Below are positions 8,932 through 18,552 of a stretch of DNA of 48,595 nt, in pieces. Position numbers and translations under genes: made by a program. The notes beneath the pieces were generated by a model. That model had not been told where the DNA came from. It was given only the letters and a program-made list of their open reading frames with translations, and did no database searches. Position 1 is the first letter of the stretch. Every line of letters begins with the position of its first letter. This DNA is from an uncultured Candidatus Saccharibacteria bacterium (GTDB lineage Bacteria > Patescibacteriota > Minisyncoccia > Minisyncoccales > UBA10102), in the NCBI GenBank assembly GCA_964359655.1, contig CAYHVI010000005.1:1-48595 (forward strand), given 5' to 3'.

Positions 8932-9156
8932 TTATTTGCCCCTATATACAATCCTTCCTCTTTTTAAATCATAAGGACTTTGCACAACCTGCACCTTATC
9001 CCCGGGAAGGATGCGAATTTTATGCATCCGAAGTTTGCCTGAAACATAAGCTAAAATTTCCTGACCATCATCAAGCTTAACTCGAAATTGGAAAGAAGGC
9101 AAGGACTCCAAAACCTCGCCTGTTTTCCGAAGTTCTCTTTGATCAGATTCTGGCAT
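8932..9156 (-). CDS. infA: Translation initiation factor IF-1
   Basis: [25 protein letters not shown] and [13 protein letters not shown]. Confidence 0.97.
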   Translation of the reverse strand: MPESDQRELRKTGEVLESLPSFQFRVKLDDGQEILAYVSGKLRMHKIRILPGDKVQVVQSPYDLKRGRIVYRGK

Positions 9157-9170
9157 TCTTCGTGGGTTTT

Positions 9171-9199
9171 ATCTTATCAAAAATTGAGATTTACGTCAA
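9171..9199 (-). promoter_or_regulatory. Promoter of the infA-alpha operon
   Basis: TTGACG-17-TAAGAT with extended TG. Confidence 0.65.
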
Positions 9200-10385
9200 T
9201 GTGTATACGCTTTGAATCTTTCGGAATACTTGAAACCCAAAAAGGCCAGAGCGAAAACTGGGTTTTCGCCAGAAAGGGATATTGACTTATCAGCTCTCGA
9301 AATTGGGCTTTAGAAATCCCTGCCATCTTAGCAGAAAGGGTTTTTGTATCAATTTTCTCGTATTGATCCGCTTTCAAATCAACTAAGAGAGATATCCCTC
9401 CTTCTTGGGCTCCTTTAAAGGTTTTATAGCTCATCTGCAAAGTGTTTGCGTTCACGATTTGATTCGGCTCAAGATAACTGTACAAAAGATGTTTGGCAAG
9501 CACATCTGCATCTTCTTTATGAAATCCAGACATTGCCACTCGTATTCTCGCAGTGTAATTAAATTGATTCAGCTCTGCTCCAGGTTTCACCAAAGAATTG
9601 TTCTCTATCACCGTTACCGCAAGCGAGTCTTGAAGCACTTGATATGGGGGAGGAACTTTTGTGAGCAAGGATTTTACTGCTTCGGTCTTGAGGGTTTCAA
9701 CAATAAGATCTTTGGCAGAAGCTATGTCTTCTTCTGTTACCACGGGCACCTCTCTTTGCTGACCGCCTATCATTGCCTGCAATGATTCTCCATAGATTTT
9801 TGTGTACGAACTCGATCCTACCAAACCGGGCAGAGAAAACTTGGAAGGACCAATATTATATTCTTCCCCTGGCACGGCTGCTTCTATCTGAACGTCGAGG
9901 AACCCCTTAGGGATAGAGGCTGCTGCTTTAAGCTTAAATAATTTTCCATCTTCTGAAACAAATCGCGTATTTGCTAAAAGTGGCTGGGGCTGCATGGAAC
10001 TCTCATTGTATACCCTAATTGTGCCGCGCGCTTTTTCCTCCTTGAACTTTTTGCCGGATGCTGGAAAAAACTGCATAAGCTCTTTTTCTTCTTCGAACAC
10101 ACGAGCACGAACAATCTTCTTTTCCAAGTTGAGCTTGTCATACCCCACCTGCGCAGTTATGTGCTCTTCTAAATGCAGTTTCGTAATCTGTGGCCATACC
10201 AAAATAGTGGCTCGCGCAAAAAACAGGTGCAGAGAGAGGGGCGGAACCACAAAAAGAACTATCAAGAAAATTGCAACCAATGTTCCTTTTGAAACTTTCT
10301 GCCTATCCTCTAAAAGTACCTCCTCTTTTACGAAGGCTGTTTGATTGGTTTGGGGAGGGTAAATGTCGATAAGTCGTTTTTTCAT
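9177..10385 (-). CDS. Membrane-anchored protein with a baseplate-J/gp47-like domain
   Basis: Single TM, then KARGTIRVYN..NTRFVSEDGKLF..VQIEAAVPGEEYNI..GG, which resembles the Baseplate_J middle domain. Confidence 0.6.
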   Translation of the reverse strand: MKKRLIDIYPPQTNQTAFVKEEVLLEDRQKVSKGTLVAIFLIVLFVVPPLSLHLFFARATILVWPQITKLHLEEHITAQVGYDKLNLEKKIVRARVFEEEKELMQFFPASGKKFKEEKARGTIRVYNESSMQPQPLLANTRFVSEDGKLFKLKAAASIPKGFLDVQIEAAVPGEEYNIGPSKFSLPGLVGSSSYTKIYGESLQAMIGGQQREVPVVTEEDIASAKDLIVETLKTEAVKSLLTKVPPPYQVLQDSLAVTVIENNSLVKPGAELNQFNYTARIRVAMSGFHKEDADVLAKHLLYSYLEPNQIVNANTLQMSYKTFKGAQEGGISLLVDLKADQYEKIDTKTLSAKMAGISKAQFRELISQYPFLAKTQFSLWPFWVSSIPKDSKRIHIDVNLNF

Positions 10386-11524
10386 CGAGGATTAAACGCG
10401 AATGCGCCAAACAAGCAAAGCATAGTATTAAGAGGGTCATTCGCCCCTGGAAAGTTTTTTGCTTCCCACACGTCTTTGGGCATCAAAAAATTCATTTTTG
10501 GGTTTTGTGAAAACGGGAGATCATCCAACAAATCTTGAGCAAAGAAACTCTGCAAATTTCCGAGCGAGCGCCCCTTTCCAAATACCCAGAAGAATTCTGG
10601 CAACGTGATTTTAGCTTCCAAAATTTTTTTCTTTACCAGTGTACCAAACTTTTGAATTTCGGGCAATAAAAAGGTTTGTACTTTCTCTTGCACTGCCACA
10701 GAAAGACCGTCATTGAAGTATTGCTCTTCAAACGCCCTCGCAGTAGCTTCTCTCATACCCAACATATCGGCAAAAAATTCAGTAAAATTGCTGGCTCCCA
10801 TAGGGATAGTGCCTAAAAACATAAAATGTTCTTCATTCTGAATGGCAATCTGGGTTTTTTCTTCTTCCACGCAAAGATATATCCCCTTCTGATGGTATTT
10901 TCTTGTAAAAGCTTCGAGGGCCTCTGCTATATGGATAACCCGCACGCTGTTTATTTTATGAGCTTTTGCAAACTGCTCCACTGGAAGAAACGAGGATTCT
11001 AACAAAAACATCCCCAATATGGAAAATTCGATCGCCCCGCTCTTAAAACCTTCGAGTTTGGGGACAGAGTAGCCGTTAATTCTACGCTCGAGAATTTTTA
11101 CTCTCCGCAGTGAAAATTCGTTCGGCAGAATACCCGATTCGTAAAAGATATTTTTTTGAAACGCGCGCTCCGCACGCGCCAGAATATCTCGTTCAATGGA
11201 AAGGGCTTCTCCCTTATCTAAATCTAAGAGATGCAGAGAAGAACTCGGAATAAGGGTTTGTCCAATGAGCTGGGCTCGAAATTCATGTGCCTGGAATGTT
11301 ACGATCAATTCTCCGACGATTTCTTTTTGAGGAAGATGCATAAACATTTTTTCCAACGTTTGCCTTACATTAAAAGAAGAAATATTCTCGCTTCCGTAAG
11401 ATAGTATTTCTATTCCAGCTCCTCCTTTTTTAAAAAACAAAAAATCAATTTCTTCTTTGCCAATGCGCAATACCAAAAACCCATTCCTCTTTTTTGGAGT
11501 CAAACGCGGAAACAAAAAACTCAT
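10382..11524 (-). CDS. Degenerate FtsA/PilM-like actin-fold protein
   Basis: LVLRIGKEEI (degenerate phosphate 1), INGYSV, YLCVEEEKTQIAI (phosphate 2 position), IPMGASNFT and VFGKGRSL (adenosine motif). Confidence 0.55.
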   Translation of the reverse strand: MSFLFPRLTPKKRNGFLVLRIGKEEIDFLFFKKGGAGIEILSYGSENISSFNVRQTLEKMFMHLPQKEIVGELIVTFQAHEFRAQLIGQTLIPSSSLHLLDLDKGEALSIERDILARAERAFQKNIFYESGILPNEFSLRRVKILERRINGYSVPKLEGFKSGAIEFSILGMFLLESSFLPVEQFAKAHKINSVRVIHIAEALEAFTRKYHQKGIYLCVEEEKTQIAIQNEEHFMFLGTIPMGASNFTEFFADMLGMREATARAFEEQYFNDGLSVAVQEKVQTFLLPEIQKFGTLVKKKILEAKITLPEFFWVFGKGRSLGNLQSFFAQDLLDDLPFSQNPKMNFLMPKDVWEAKNFPGANDPLNTMLCLFGAFAFNPR

Positions 11525-11593
11525 ATGTATCTATTGTACATCAAATCTCTCAAACAAAAAATCTTCGCGCAAATAACTGTGTACAATACCTTC

Positions 11594-11629
11594 TGTCGTT
11601 AATGCAAGCGATCGCTGTTATTAACGACA
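11594..11629. terminator. Hairpin downstream of alaS
   Basis: TGTCGTTAAT/ATTAACGACA 10-bp inverted repeat. Confidence 0.45.
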
Positions 11630-11663
11630 CAAAAATAAATCACCGACCGTACCGTAACGATAC

Positions 11664-13580
11664 TTATTCCAACACGGCGCGGATGCGGCGGATGCCCGAG
11701 GAAACCGCTTCCTCTTTGATAATTTTGAAATGGCCGAGTTCTCCGGTGTTTGCCACGTGAGGACCGCCGCAAAACTCTTTGCTGAAAACATTGCCATGTT
11801 TATCCTGCGCAAAATACACAGAGACCACATCGCCATACTTCACGCCAAACTCCATTTCAGCTCCAACTTTGAGCGCTTCTTCTTTGGGCATTTCTTGCCG
11901 AATCATGTCGAGCTTTTCTGCAATTTTTTGATTTACCAAACCTTCGGCCTGCTCTAATTCTTCTGCGGTCATCTTTTGCGGATGCGAAAAGTCAATGCGC
12001 AAGCGCTCCGCGGTAATATTGCTGCCTCGCTGATGCACATGTTCGCCGAGCACCTTGCGCAACGCGGCCAAAAGCAAGTGATGAGCAGTGTGTAGCCGCA
12101 CGGTTTCTTTACTGGTATCTGCCAAACCGCCCTTGAATTTCTTTTCCACGCCCGCGCGGGAAATCTCCTGATGTTTCTTGAAAGCCTCTCGTTCCTCGTT
12201 TATTGTTTGCTCATCAAATTCCACCCCCCATTCCTTCATAATTTCTTGGGAAACTTCAATTGGCATACCGTAGGTTTGACGAAGGTTAAAAACCTCTTCA
12301 CCGCTAACTCGAAGAACATTACCTTCTATTCTCATGCCTTTGGGAAGATTTTCCGGGTCAACTCCACCAATCGCCTTATTGAAAAACTTTTTCAATGCCG
12401 CAATATAACCTTTCTTCAAGGCTTGCCTAAATTTTTCCTCTTCGTCGCTTATAACTTTTTGAATAAGACTCTGGCGCTGATGCAACTCCGGGTATTGATC
12501 CGCATAGCTTTCAATAATCGGCAAGGCAAGCTCTGCGAACATTCCCTGTTTCATTCCGAGAACGTCGGCATGTCGCACCGCGCGGCGCAAAAGCCTGCGC
12601 ACAAAATACCCGCGATCAGTGTTCGAAGGTAAAACGCCGTCGCCAATCATAAACACAGCTCCCCGAATGTGGTCGGCAATCACACGGAATGACTTCTGAA
12701 ATGCAGGAGAAGTGTTCTCCTTCGTTTTCGCTTTATATGAAGCGCCCGAGAGTTCTTCTATTTTTCGGATGACCGCAGAAAGCGTATCGATAGTAAATAT
12801 ATCGCTGTCGCCGTTAGAGGCCGCGCACATACGTTCCAATCCTCCACCGAAGTCCACGTTGCGCTGGGAAAGTTTTTCAAAAGTACCGTCCTCACGTTTC
12901 TTGTATTCCATAAACACAGAATTGCCGATTTCCAAAAATCTGCCACAATCGCAGTTGGGATGGCAGTTTTTGCCGAATTGCGTGTTATGCGGAATGGCAA
13001 AATCGTAAAATACTTCAGAATCCGGGCCTCCAGGTTCTCCTGAAGGCATATTTTCTGGCGCGCCGGCGCGGCTCCACCAGTTTTTCTTCGCATCGTAATA
13101 AAAAACGCGCTCGCCTTCTTTTGCTTCAATCCCCTTTTCTGCGAACAAACGTTTCCAAATTGTTACCGACTCTTCGTCTTTTGGAATGTTGTTTTTCGCA
13201 TCGCCGGAAAAAACCGTTACATATAAACGATTTGGATCGAGTCCAACTTGTTTGGTCAAAAATTCAAAAAACCAGGGAAGCTGTTGTTCCTTGAAATAGT
13301 CGCCGAGCGACCAGTTTCCCAACATTTCAAAAAAAGTGGTATGGCGATTATCCCCCACCTCTTCAATATCTTCTGCGCGAAAACATTTTTGAGAGTTTGT
13401 GAGTCTTGTACCCAAAGGATGCTTTTGCCCAAGCAAATAAGGTATCAAAGGCTGCATACCAGATCCGGTGAAAAGCGTTGTCGGGTCATTCTCCGGCACA
13501 AGCGCAGACGAAGGGATCACTGCATGCCCTTTCTCTTTATAGTACTCAAGAAATTTCTCCCGCACCTCGTTCGTATTCAT
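11664..13580 (-). CDS. alaS: Alanine--tRNA ligase (short form: catalytic and editing domains, no C-Ala)
   Basis: DPTTLFTGSGMQP, HTTFFEMLGNWS, DFGGGLER, IADHIR, HTAHHLL, FCGGPH and GIRRIRA. Confidence 0.95.
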   Translation of the reverse strand: MNTNEVREKFLEYYKEKGHAVIPSSALVPENDPTTLFTGSGMQPLIPYLLGQKHPLGTRLTNSQKCFRAEDIEEVGDNRHTTFFEMLGNWSLGDYFKEQQLPWFFEFLTKQVGLDPNRLYVTVFSGDAKNNIPKDEESVTIWKRLFAEKGIEAKEGERVFYYDAKKNWWSRAGAPENMPSGEPGGPDSEVFYDFAIPHNTQFGKNCHPNCDCGRFLEIGNSVFMEYKKREDGTFEKLSQRNVDFGGGLERMCAASNGDSDIFTIDTLSAVIRKIEELSGASYKAKTKENTSPAFQKSFRVIADHIRGAVFMIGDGVLPSNTDRGYFVRRLLRRAVRHADVLGMKQGMFAELALPIIESYADQYPELHQRQSLIQKVISDEEEKFRQALKKGYIAALKKFFNKAIGGVDPENLPKGMRIEGNVLRVSGEEVFNLRQTYGMPIEVSQEIMKEWGVEFDEQTINEEREAFKKHQEISRAGVEKKFKGGLADTSKETVRLHTAHHLLLAALRKVLGEHVHQRGSNITAERLRIDFSHPQKMTAEELEQAEGLVNQKIAEKLDMIRQEMPKEEALKVGAEMEFGVKYGDVVSVYFAQDKHGNVFSKEFCGGPHVANTGELGHFKIIKEEAVSSGIRRIRAVLE

Positions 13581-13644
13581 GAAAAACAGTATAGCAATAA
13601 TTTCTCAAAAAGAAAAGCTTGCCGAATTTTGCTATTAAATAGGA

Positions 13645-14718
13645 TTACTGAATCACTCCGGCGCCGAGCATTTGGTCTCCAGAATAGAGAACGCCAAGCT
13701 GGCCTGGAGTAACTGCGCGCTGCGGAATATCAAAACGAAGCACCACTTCTTTCTTATTGCCTTTTTTGATTCGCGCAGAAGTTGAAGTTTGGCGATAGCG
13801 AAGTTTTGTCGTTATCTGCTGTTTGAAGTCAAACCTCAAACAATCAACGAACCAATTCATATCTTGCAAAAGCACTTCATTTTTCTCTAAGTCTCTTTCG
13901 TTTTTACTAACCACCACAATATTCTTTTTTACGTCCTTATCCACGACAAAATATGGGCCACCAGCCAAGCCCAAACCAGAGCGCTGACCAATGGTGTAAT
14001 ACCAGGCGCCTTCATGTTCACCAAGCGTGTTTCCTTGCATATCTGCAATCTTACCCCTTTCTGGAGAGATATATTGTTTGAGAAATTCTGCAAAATCTAC
14101 TTTCCCAATAAAACAAATTCCTTGGCTAGATTTTCGATCTGCATTTGGCAAGTCAAATTTTTTTGCAAGCGCACGAACTTCTTGTTTTGTATATTCGCCA
14201 ATTGGGAATAATACGTGTTCTAAAACTTCTGGTTTAATAAACGAGAGGAAATAGGATTGGTCTTTATTTTTGTCTTTTCCCATTAATAATTTTGTTGAGA
14301 TAATGCGCGATCGCGAATTATTCGCACTTTTTTGAACACGAGCGTAATGGCCAGTTGCTACAAAATCGGCGCCCAATTCCATCGCTTTATCAAAAAACAA
14401 TCCAAACTTAATTTCCTTGTTGCACATAACATCAGGATTCGGAGTAATCCCCTTTTTGTAACCGTCGAGCAAATACTCCACCACTTTTTGCTTATACTCT
14501 TTCACGAAGTTTATTGAGTAAAACGGGATGCCAATTTGGGCAGCGGCCAATCTTGCCATTCTTTCATCGTCAGACGAAGTGCAATTTTCACCTAAGGGAT
14601 CTGCTGCATCCCAGCACTTGATGAACATTCCAGTCACATCAAATCCAGCCTTTTTCAAAAGGGCAGCAGAAACAGAGGAGTCCACTCCCCCTGACATTGC
14701 AACTATAACTCTTTTCAT
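13645..14718 (-). CDS. mnmA: tRNA-specific 2-thiouridylase MnmA
   Basis: AMSGGVDSS, TPNPDVMCN, ATGHYA, KDQSYFL, SQGICF and AVTPGQ. Confidence 0.97.
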   Translation of the reverse strand: MKRVIVAMSGGVDSSVSAALLKKAGFDVTGMFIKCWDAADPLGENCTSSDDERMARLAAAQIGIPFYSINFVKEYKQKVVEYLLDGYKKGITPNPDVMCNKEIKFGLFFDKAMELGADFVATGHYARVQKSANNSRSRIISTKLLMGKDKNKDQSYFLSFIKPEVLEHVLFPIGEYTKQEVRALAKKFDLPNADRKSSQGICFIGKVDFAEFLKQYISPERGKIADMQGNTLGEHEGAWYYTIGQRSGLGLAGGPYFVVDKDVKKNIVVVSKNERDLEKNEVLLQDMNWFVDCLRFDFKQQITTKLRYRQTSTSARIKKGNKKEVVLRFDIPQRAVTPGQLGVLYSGDQMLGAGVIQ

Positions 14719-14727
14719 AAGTTTTTT

Positions 14728-15231
14728 TTAGGAAAATCTATCGGCGACGGTCGAGGCGGCGAATGCTTCGGGCTTGATTTTGGGCTCAAAACCGTTTCCG
14801 CGAATGAGACCCGTTACCTCTTTGATCATGTCGCGAGTAATACCGTTTTCCCCTATATCAGCATGAATATACTGAAAATCGTATGTTACGCCATGCACGA
14901 GAGCTAACGCGCCAAAATGCTCCCGCAGCCACAAAGCTAATTGGCAAGAAAGCAGTACTTCCTCTAAAATGCGCTGGCGCCTGCTTGGAAAAGGCCGCGA
15001 AGGGTAATGCACTCTGCGTAAAAAAAATCTTCCTCCGGCTTTCTTCCGAAGCACCACGATTACCACAGGAAAAGTGGGATCTTCCGTGGCTGAAGAATCG
15101 CAGCCAACAATAACCTCATATTTTCTGTGAGGCACCTCCTGCATATACAACACCATTTCAGAAAGCACATCGTCAAGCGAGAGAGATCCTTTGGTGGGGT
15201 TATAAAATTTTTCGTTCAAAAAATAATCCAT
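14728..15231 (-). CDS. Ribonuclease H-like YkuK (DUF458) family protein
   Basis: IVGCDS, GGRFF, RILEEVLLS, IHADIGENG.T and IKPEAFAASTVADR. Confidence 0.8.
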   Translation of the reverse strand: MDYFLNEKFYNPTKGSLSLDDVLSEMVLYMQEVPHRKYEVIVGCDSSATEDPTFPVVIVVLRKKAGGRFFLRRVHYPSRPFPSRRQRILEEVLLSCQLALWLREHFGALALVHGVTYDFQYIHADIGENGITRDMIKEVTGLIRGNGFEPKIKPEAFAASTVADRFS

Positions 15232-15242
15232 GAATATCTATC

Positions 15243-16001
15243 TTACTCCATTGCGGCATTTCTGACAAGCCTGGCAAATTCCTCTGCGTTGAGCGAAGAT
15301 GACCCAACCAAAACACCCTGTGCCCCGCTTTCAATGAATCCTTTTATATTCGCGCTGTTGGTGCTCCCGCCGTATAAAATGGGGACAGTAAAATCGCCAA
15401 ACATTTCTTTCGCAACTTCGCGCATAGAGGCAAGCGCTTTCGCGCAATCTTCGGGCGCGGCCGCGGCCGCGCCCTTATTTGAACTTATGGCCCATTCTGG
15501 TTCATAGCAAAGCACAAGATTTTTTGCTAATTCTCGAGGAATCTCTTTGAGTACCTCGCGCATTTGCCGCTCAAGTTCTTCTTTGTTTCCGTTCTGACCT
15601 TGGCGTTCTTTTTCTCCAATGCACACCACAGGAATCAAACCACTCTGTAAAACTGCTTTCACTTTTTTGTTGATCATTCCATACGTTTCGCCCAGATAGT
15701 TTTTTCGTTCTGAATGCCCAAGAATCACATAGGAACATCCAAGATTTTTCAGCATTGCCGCTGAAATCTCGCCAGTGTACGCACCCTGCGCTTCCCAAAA
15801 ACAATCTTGTCCTCCTACGCCGAAGGCTACGGAGGACGCGGCTCGAACTATCTCAGGAATAAATACAAACGGGGGGCAGATTACTACTTCTACGCTATGA
15901 GTCTCATTCACTCCCTTTCCTACGGTCTCAAAAAGTTGCTGCGCTTCATCTGACGTACCCGGATTCATTTTCCAATTTGCGACGATGATTGTTTTTCTCA
16001 T
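15243..16001 (-). CDS. tpiA: Triosephosphate isomerase
   Basis: ANWKMN, GAYTGEIS, ILGHSER, YEPEWAI and LYGGS. Confidence 0.96.
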   Translation of the reverse strand: MRKTIIVANWKMNPGTSDEAQQLFETVGKGVNETHSVEVVICPPFVFIPEIVRAASSVAFGVGGQDCFWEAQGAYTGEISAAMLKNLGCSYVILGHSERKNYLGETYGMINKKVKAVLQSGLIPVVCIGEKERQGQNGNKEELERQMREVLKEIPRELAKNLVLCYEPEWAISSNKGAAAAAPEDCAKALASMREVAKEMFGDFTVPILYGGSTNSANIKGFIESGAQGVLVGSSSLNAEEFARLVRNAAME

Positions 16002-16642
16002 AGTTTTGTTTGTTTACCGTTTGTCTCCTCACCAAGCAAGCGTATATGTCTCCGTACCCACCATATTACTCCAACTATGAGAAAGAAAGCAACGAGCCAA
16101 TCAAATTTGTGAAAATAATCCTCTAAAATCCGCCAGTTCGCTCCGGCAATAACTCCTGCATAAGTTAGAATAATACTCCAGATAAGGGATCCTGCAAATG
16201 TATATATCGTAAATTTCCAGACGTTCATTTTGGCAATTCCCGCGGGAAACGAAATAAACGTGCGCACAACAGGAAGAACGCGCGAAGCAAAAATAACCAG
16301 AGTTCCGTATTTTTTGAACCATGAATCTGCAACATCGAGATCATGTTTCGTAATAAAAATGAACTTGCCAAACCGTTCAAGAAAAACTCTTCCGCCAAAG
16401 AAACCAAAATAGTACGAAACCAAAGAGCCAAGAAGATTTCCCATCGCACCCCAGAATACTACAAGAAAGAAATTAAACTTTTCCTCAAAGACAAGATACC
16501 CTGCAAAAGGCATAATGATTTCTGAAGGAATAGGGATATTTGCGCTCTCCAAAGCCATAAGCACGGCAATCCCCACATACCCCGTGGTTTCGATTGTATT
16601 GATAACAAAAGAAGCAAGAAGCTCCAAAATAGTTTGAAACAT
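15998..16642 (-). CDS. DedA family membrane protein
   Basis: LESANIPIPSEIIMPFAG and SRVLPVVRTFISFPAG. Confidence 0.92.
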   Translation of the reverse strand: MFQTILELLASFVINTIETTGYVGIAVLMALESANIPIPSEIIMPFAGYLVFEEKFNFFLVVFWGAMGNLLGSLVSYYFGFFGGRVFLERFGKFIFITKHDLDVADSWFKKYGTLVIFASRVLPVVRTFISFPAGIAKMNVWKFTIYTFAGSLIWSIILTYAGVIAGANWRILEDYFHKFDWLVAFFLIVGVIWWVRRHIRLLGEETNGKQTKL

Positions 16643-16644
16643 AG

Positions 16645-17691
16645 TTATTGTTTGCGTAAAAATGCTGCCGCCTTTTCCGGTTCAATCGTAGAAATTTCAA
16701 TTCCGGTTCCCAACTCATATCCTGCCCATGTTGAGGTTTTGGGCAAAATTTCCCAGTGCCAGTGATAGTGCTCGTAATTTCCGTTGTCTGCAGGAGCCGT
16801 ATGCAAAAAATAGTTATAGTCGGGATCTTCGAGCGCTCGGGAGAGTTTTTTCATCGCTTGAAGGAAGGCATCGGCAAGTAATTCTCTCTCATTTTCATCA
16901 GTCCGTTCAAAATATGCGACGTGCTTTTTTGGATACACGCGCATCTCGAACGCAACGCGCGAAGCAAAAGGACATACCGCGATATACTCATCATTCTCGT
17001 ATACCACACGCTGTTTGTCTTCTCTATCCCATGCAAGCATTGTACAGTGAATACACTTTTTGTTTTGTTCAAAATAACGCAGAGAACCTTCAAGGCTGCC
17101 AACAATATCAGGATCAAAAATTGGCGTTGCAATAAGCTGGGAGTGCGGATGGAGAAGAGTGGCGCCTGCCTTTGGTCCCTTATTCTTGAAAATCGAAATA
17201 TAGTTTACAAACTCTTCGTCTTTTAAAGCAATATATCTTGCTTGATACATATGAAATAGTTCTTCCACCTCGCCAACAGAAAATTCCGGAATATCTTTTC
17301 CATGAGATTTGGTAACAATAACTTCATGAAAACCCACTCCGTCTGCTACCTGATAGGGGCCTATGAGTCTTGTTTCAAAAGATTTCTGCTGCGCAAAAGC
17401 GGGATATTTGTTGGGCAAGGCAACCGTGGTCCAGTGCTTCGGGACGCACCTCGCCCCTTTGGCCAGGGGCATTTCTTTGCCTTCAAAAAGCGCATACGTT
17501 GGGCACTCTTCGTGTCCTAACTTATCGAAAGGACAGGTTTTTTGCGCAGCCTCCCACTGATCGCTCCCACCTTTTTTCCCCTCTTGCCGAAAGGTTTCTG
17601 GTCGCCTTGCCCGGCCCGTGGCAATAAGCACCCAGTCTTTGGAAACCGGATCAAAACGCAATTCCGATGGAAATTTCTTTAATTTAGGCAT
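16645..17691 (-). CDS. galT: Galactose-1-phosphate uridylyltransferase
   Basis: ELRFDP..WVLIATGRARRP, CPF, PNKYPA, HEVIV and GATLLHPHSQ (HxH active site). Confidence 0.9.
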   Translation of the reverse strand: MPKLKKFPSELRFDPVSKDWVLIATGRARRPETFRQEGKKGGSDQWEAAQKTCPFDKLGHEECPTYALFEGKEMPLAKGARCVPKHWTTVALPNKYPAFAQQKSFETRLIGPYQVADGVGFHEVIVTKSHGKDIPEFSVGEVEELFHMYQARYIALKDEEFVNYISIFKNKGPKAGATLLHPHSQLIATPIFDPDIVGSLEGSLRYFEQNKKCIHCTMLAWDREDKQRVVYENDEYIAVCPFASRVAFEMRVYPKKHVAYFERTDENERELLADAFLQAMKKLSRALEDPDYNYFLHTAPADNGNYEHYHWHWEILPKTSTWAGYELGTGIEISTIEPEKAAAFLRKQ

Positions 17692-18415
17692 TATATTTGC
17701 CAGTGATCTTATTCAACGTAATCTGCAAAACTTCCAAAAGCATTCTTACCATTCCTGAAAACTTCACCTTGCTTTCCTTGTCGTTTATCCACGTTACAGG
17801 TATTTCTTTAATGGTATATCCGAGTTTTTTTGCGATTATCAGCACTTCAACGTCAAATGCCCATCGATTAATTGTAGCACGGGAAAAAATCTCTTGCGCG
17901 GATTTCGCTGAAAACCCCTTGAATCCACACTGCGTATCCCAAATTCCCCACAAACCAGATACTATTTGTACAATAAGATTAAATAAATCACCCAGGCGTT
18001 GACGCCACCAAGGTTGTCGGACCGCAATGAGAGCGCCTTTTATATCCCGCGAACCAATGATCACTTCAAACCCCTTTTTAAATTCAGGCCACATCTTCTT
18101 CACGTGATCTATACTCGTGGAATTGTCGGCATCCAAAAACACGCGATATTCCCCTTTTGCCTCGAGCATTCCCTCGCGCACCGAATAGCCTTTTCCATAG
18201 TTTTTTTGCTCGCCGATTACGCGCAAGTTTTTTAGTTCTTGTGCAAGTTCATTAACCACTTCTCGGGTACGATCTTGCGACCCGTCTGACACCACCACAA
18301 TCTCATATCCATAATCCTGTATTCTCAAATACTCATCTATCGCCCGCAGCGTCTTTGGCAACCTGTTTTCTTCGTTATACACCGGAATAATCACCGACAG
18401 CTTCACTTGAACCAT
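17684..18415 (-). CDS. GT2 glycosyltransferase (polyprenyl-phosphate glucosyl/mannosyltransferase-like)
   Basis: SVIIPVYNEE, DGSQD, NYGKG, FLDAD, DTQCGFK and AFDVEVL. Confidence 0.9.
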   Translation of the reverse strand: MVQVKLSVIIPVYNEENRLPKTLRAIDEYLRIQDYGYEIVVVSDGSQDRTREVVNELAQELKNLRVIGEQKNYGKGYSVREGMLEAKGEYRVFLDADNSTSIDHVKKMWPEFKKGFEVIIGSRDIKGALIAVRQPWWRQRLGDLFNLIVQIVSGLWGIWDTQCGFKGFSAKSAQEIFSRATINRWAFDVEVLIIAKKLGYTIKEIPVTWINDKESKVKFSGMVRMLLEVLQITLNKITGKYNA

Positions 18416-18501
18416 TTGGCAATTTTACCATACCTCGTGCAAAACCAAAATAGTCTTGCCTTTCAAGAAAAATCAAACAATTCCCCGCAGATTCAAGCAA
18501 A

Positions 18502-18542
18502 AACTATCTCGTTATTCTTGCATATACGGAAATAATAAGATA
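18502..18542. repeat. 41-bp palindromic repeat, left copy
   Basis: AACTATCTCGTTATTCTTGCATATACGGAAATAATAAGATA; 32/41 identical to 19124-19164. Confidence 0.8.
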
Positions 18543-18552
18543 CCCTAAACAA

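Noticed and set aside
9177-10385. Prophage or contractile injection system
   Set aside because: The baseplate-J-like gene is isolated and TM-anchored among housekeeping genes, with no sheath, tube, capsid or integrase.
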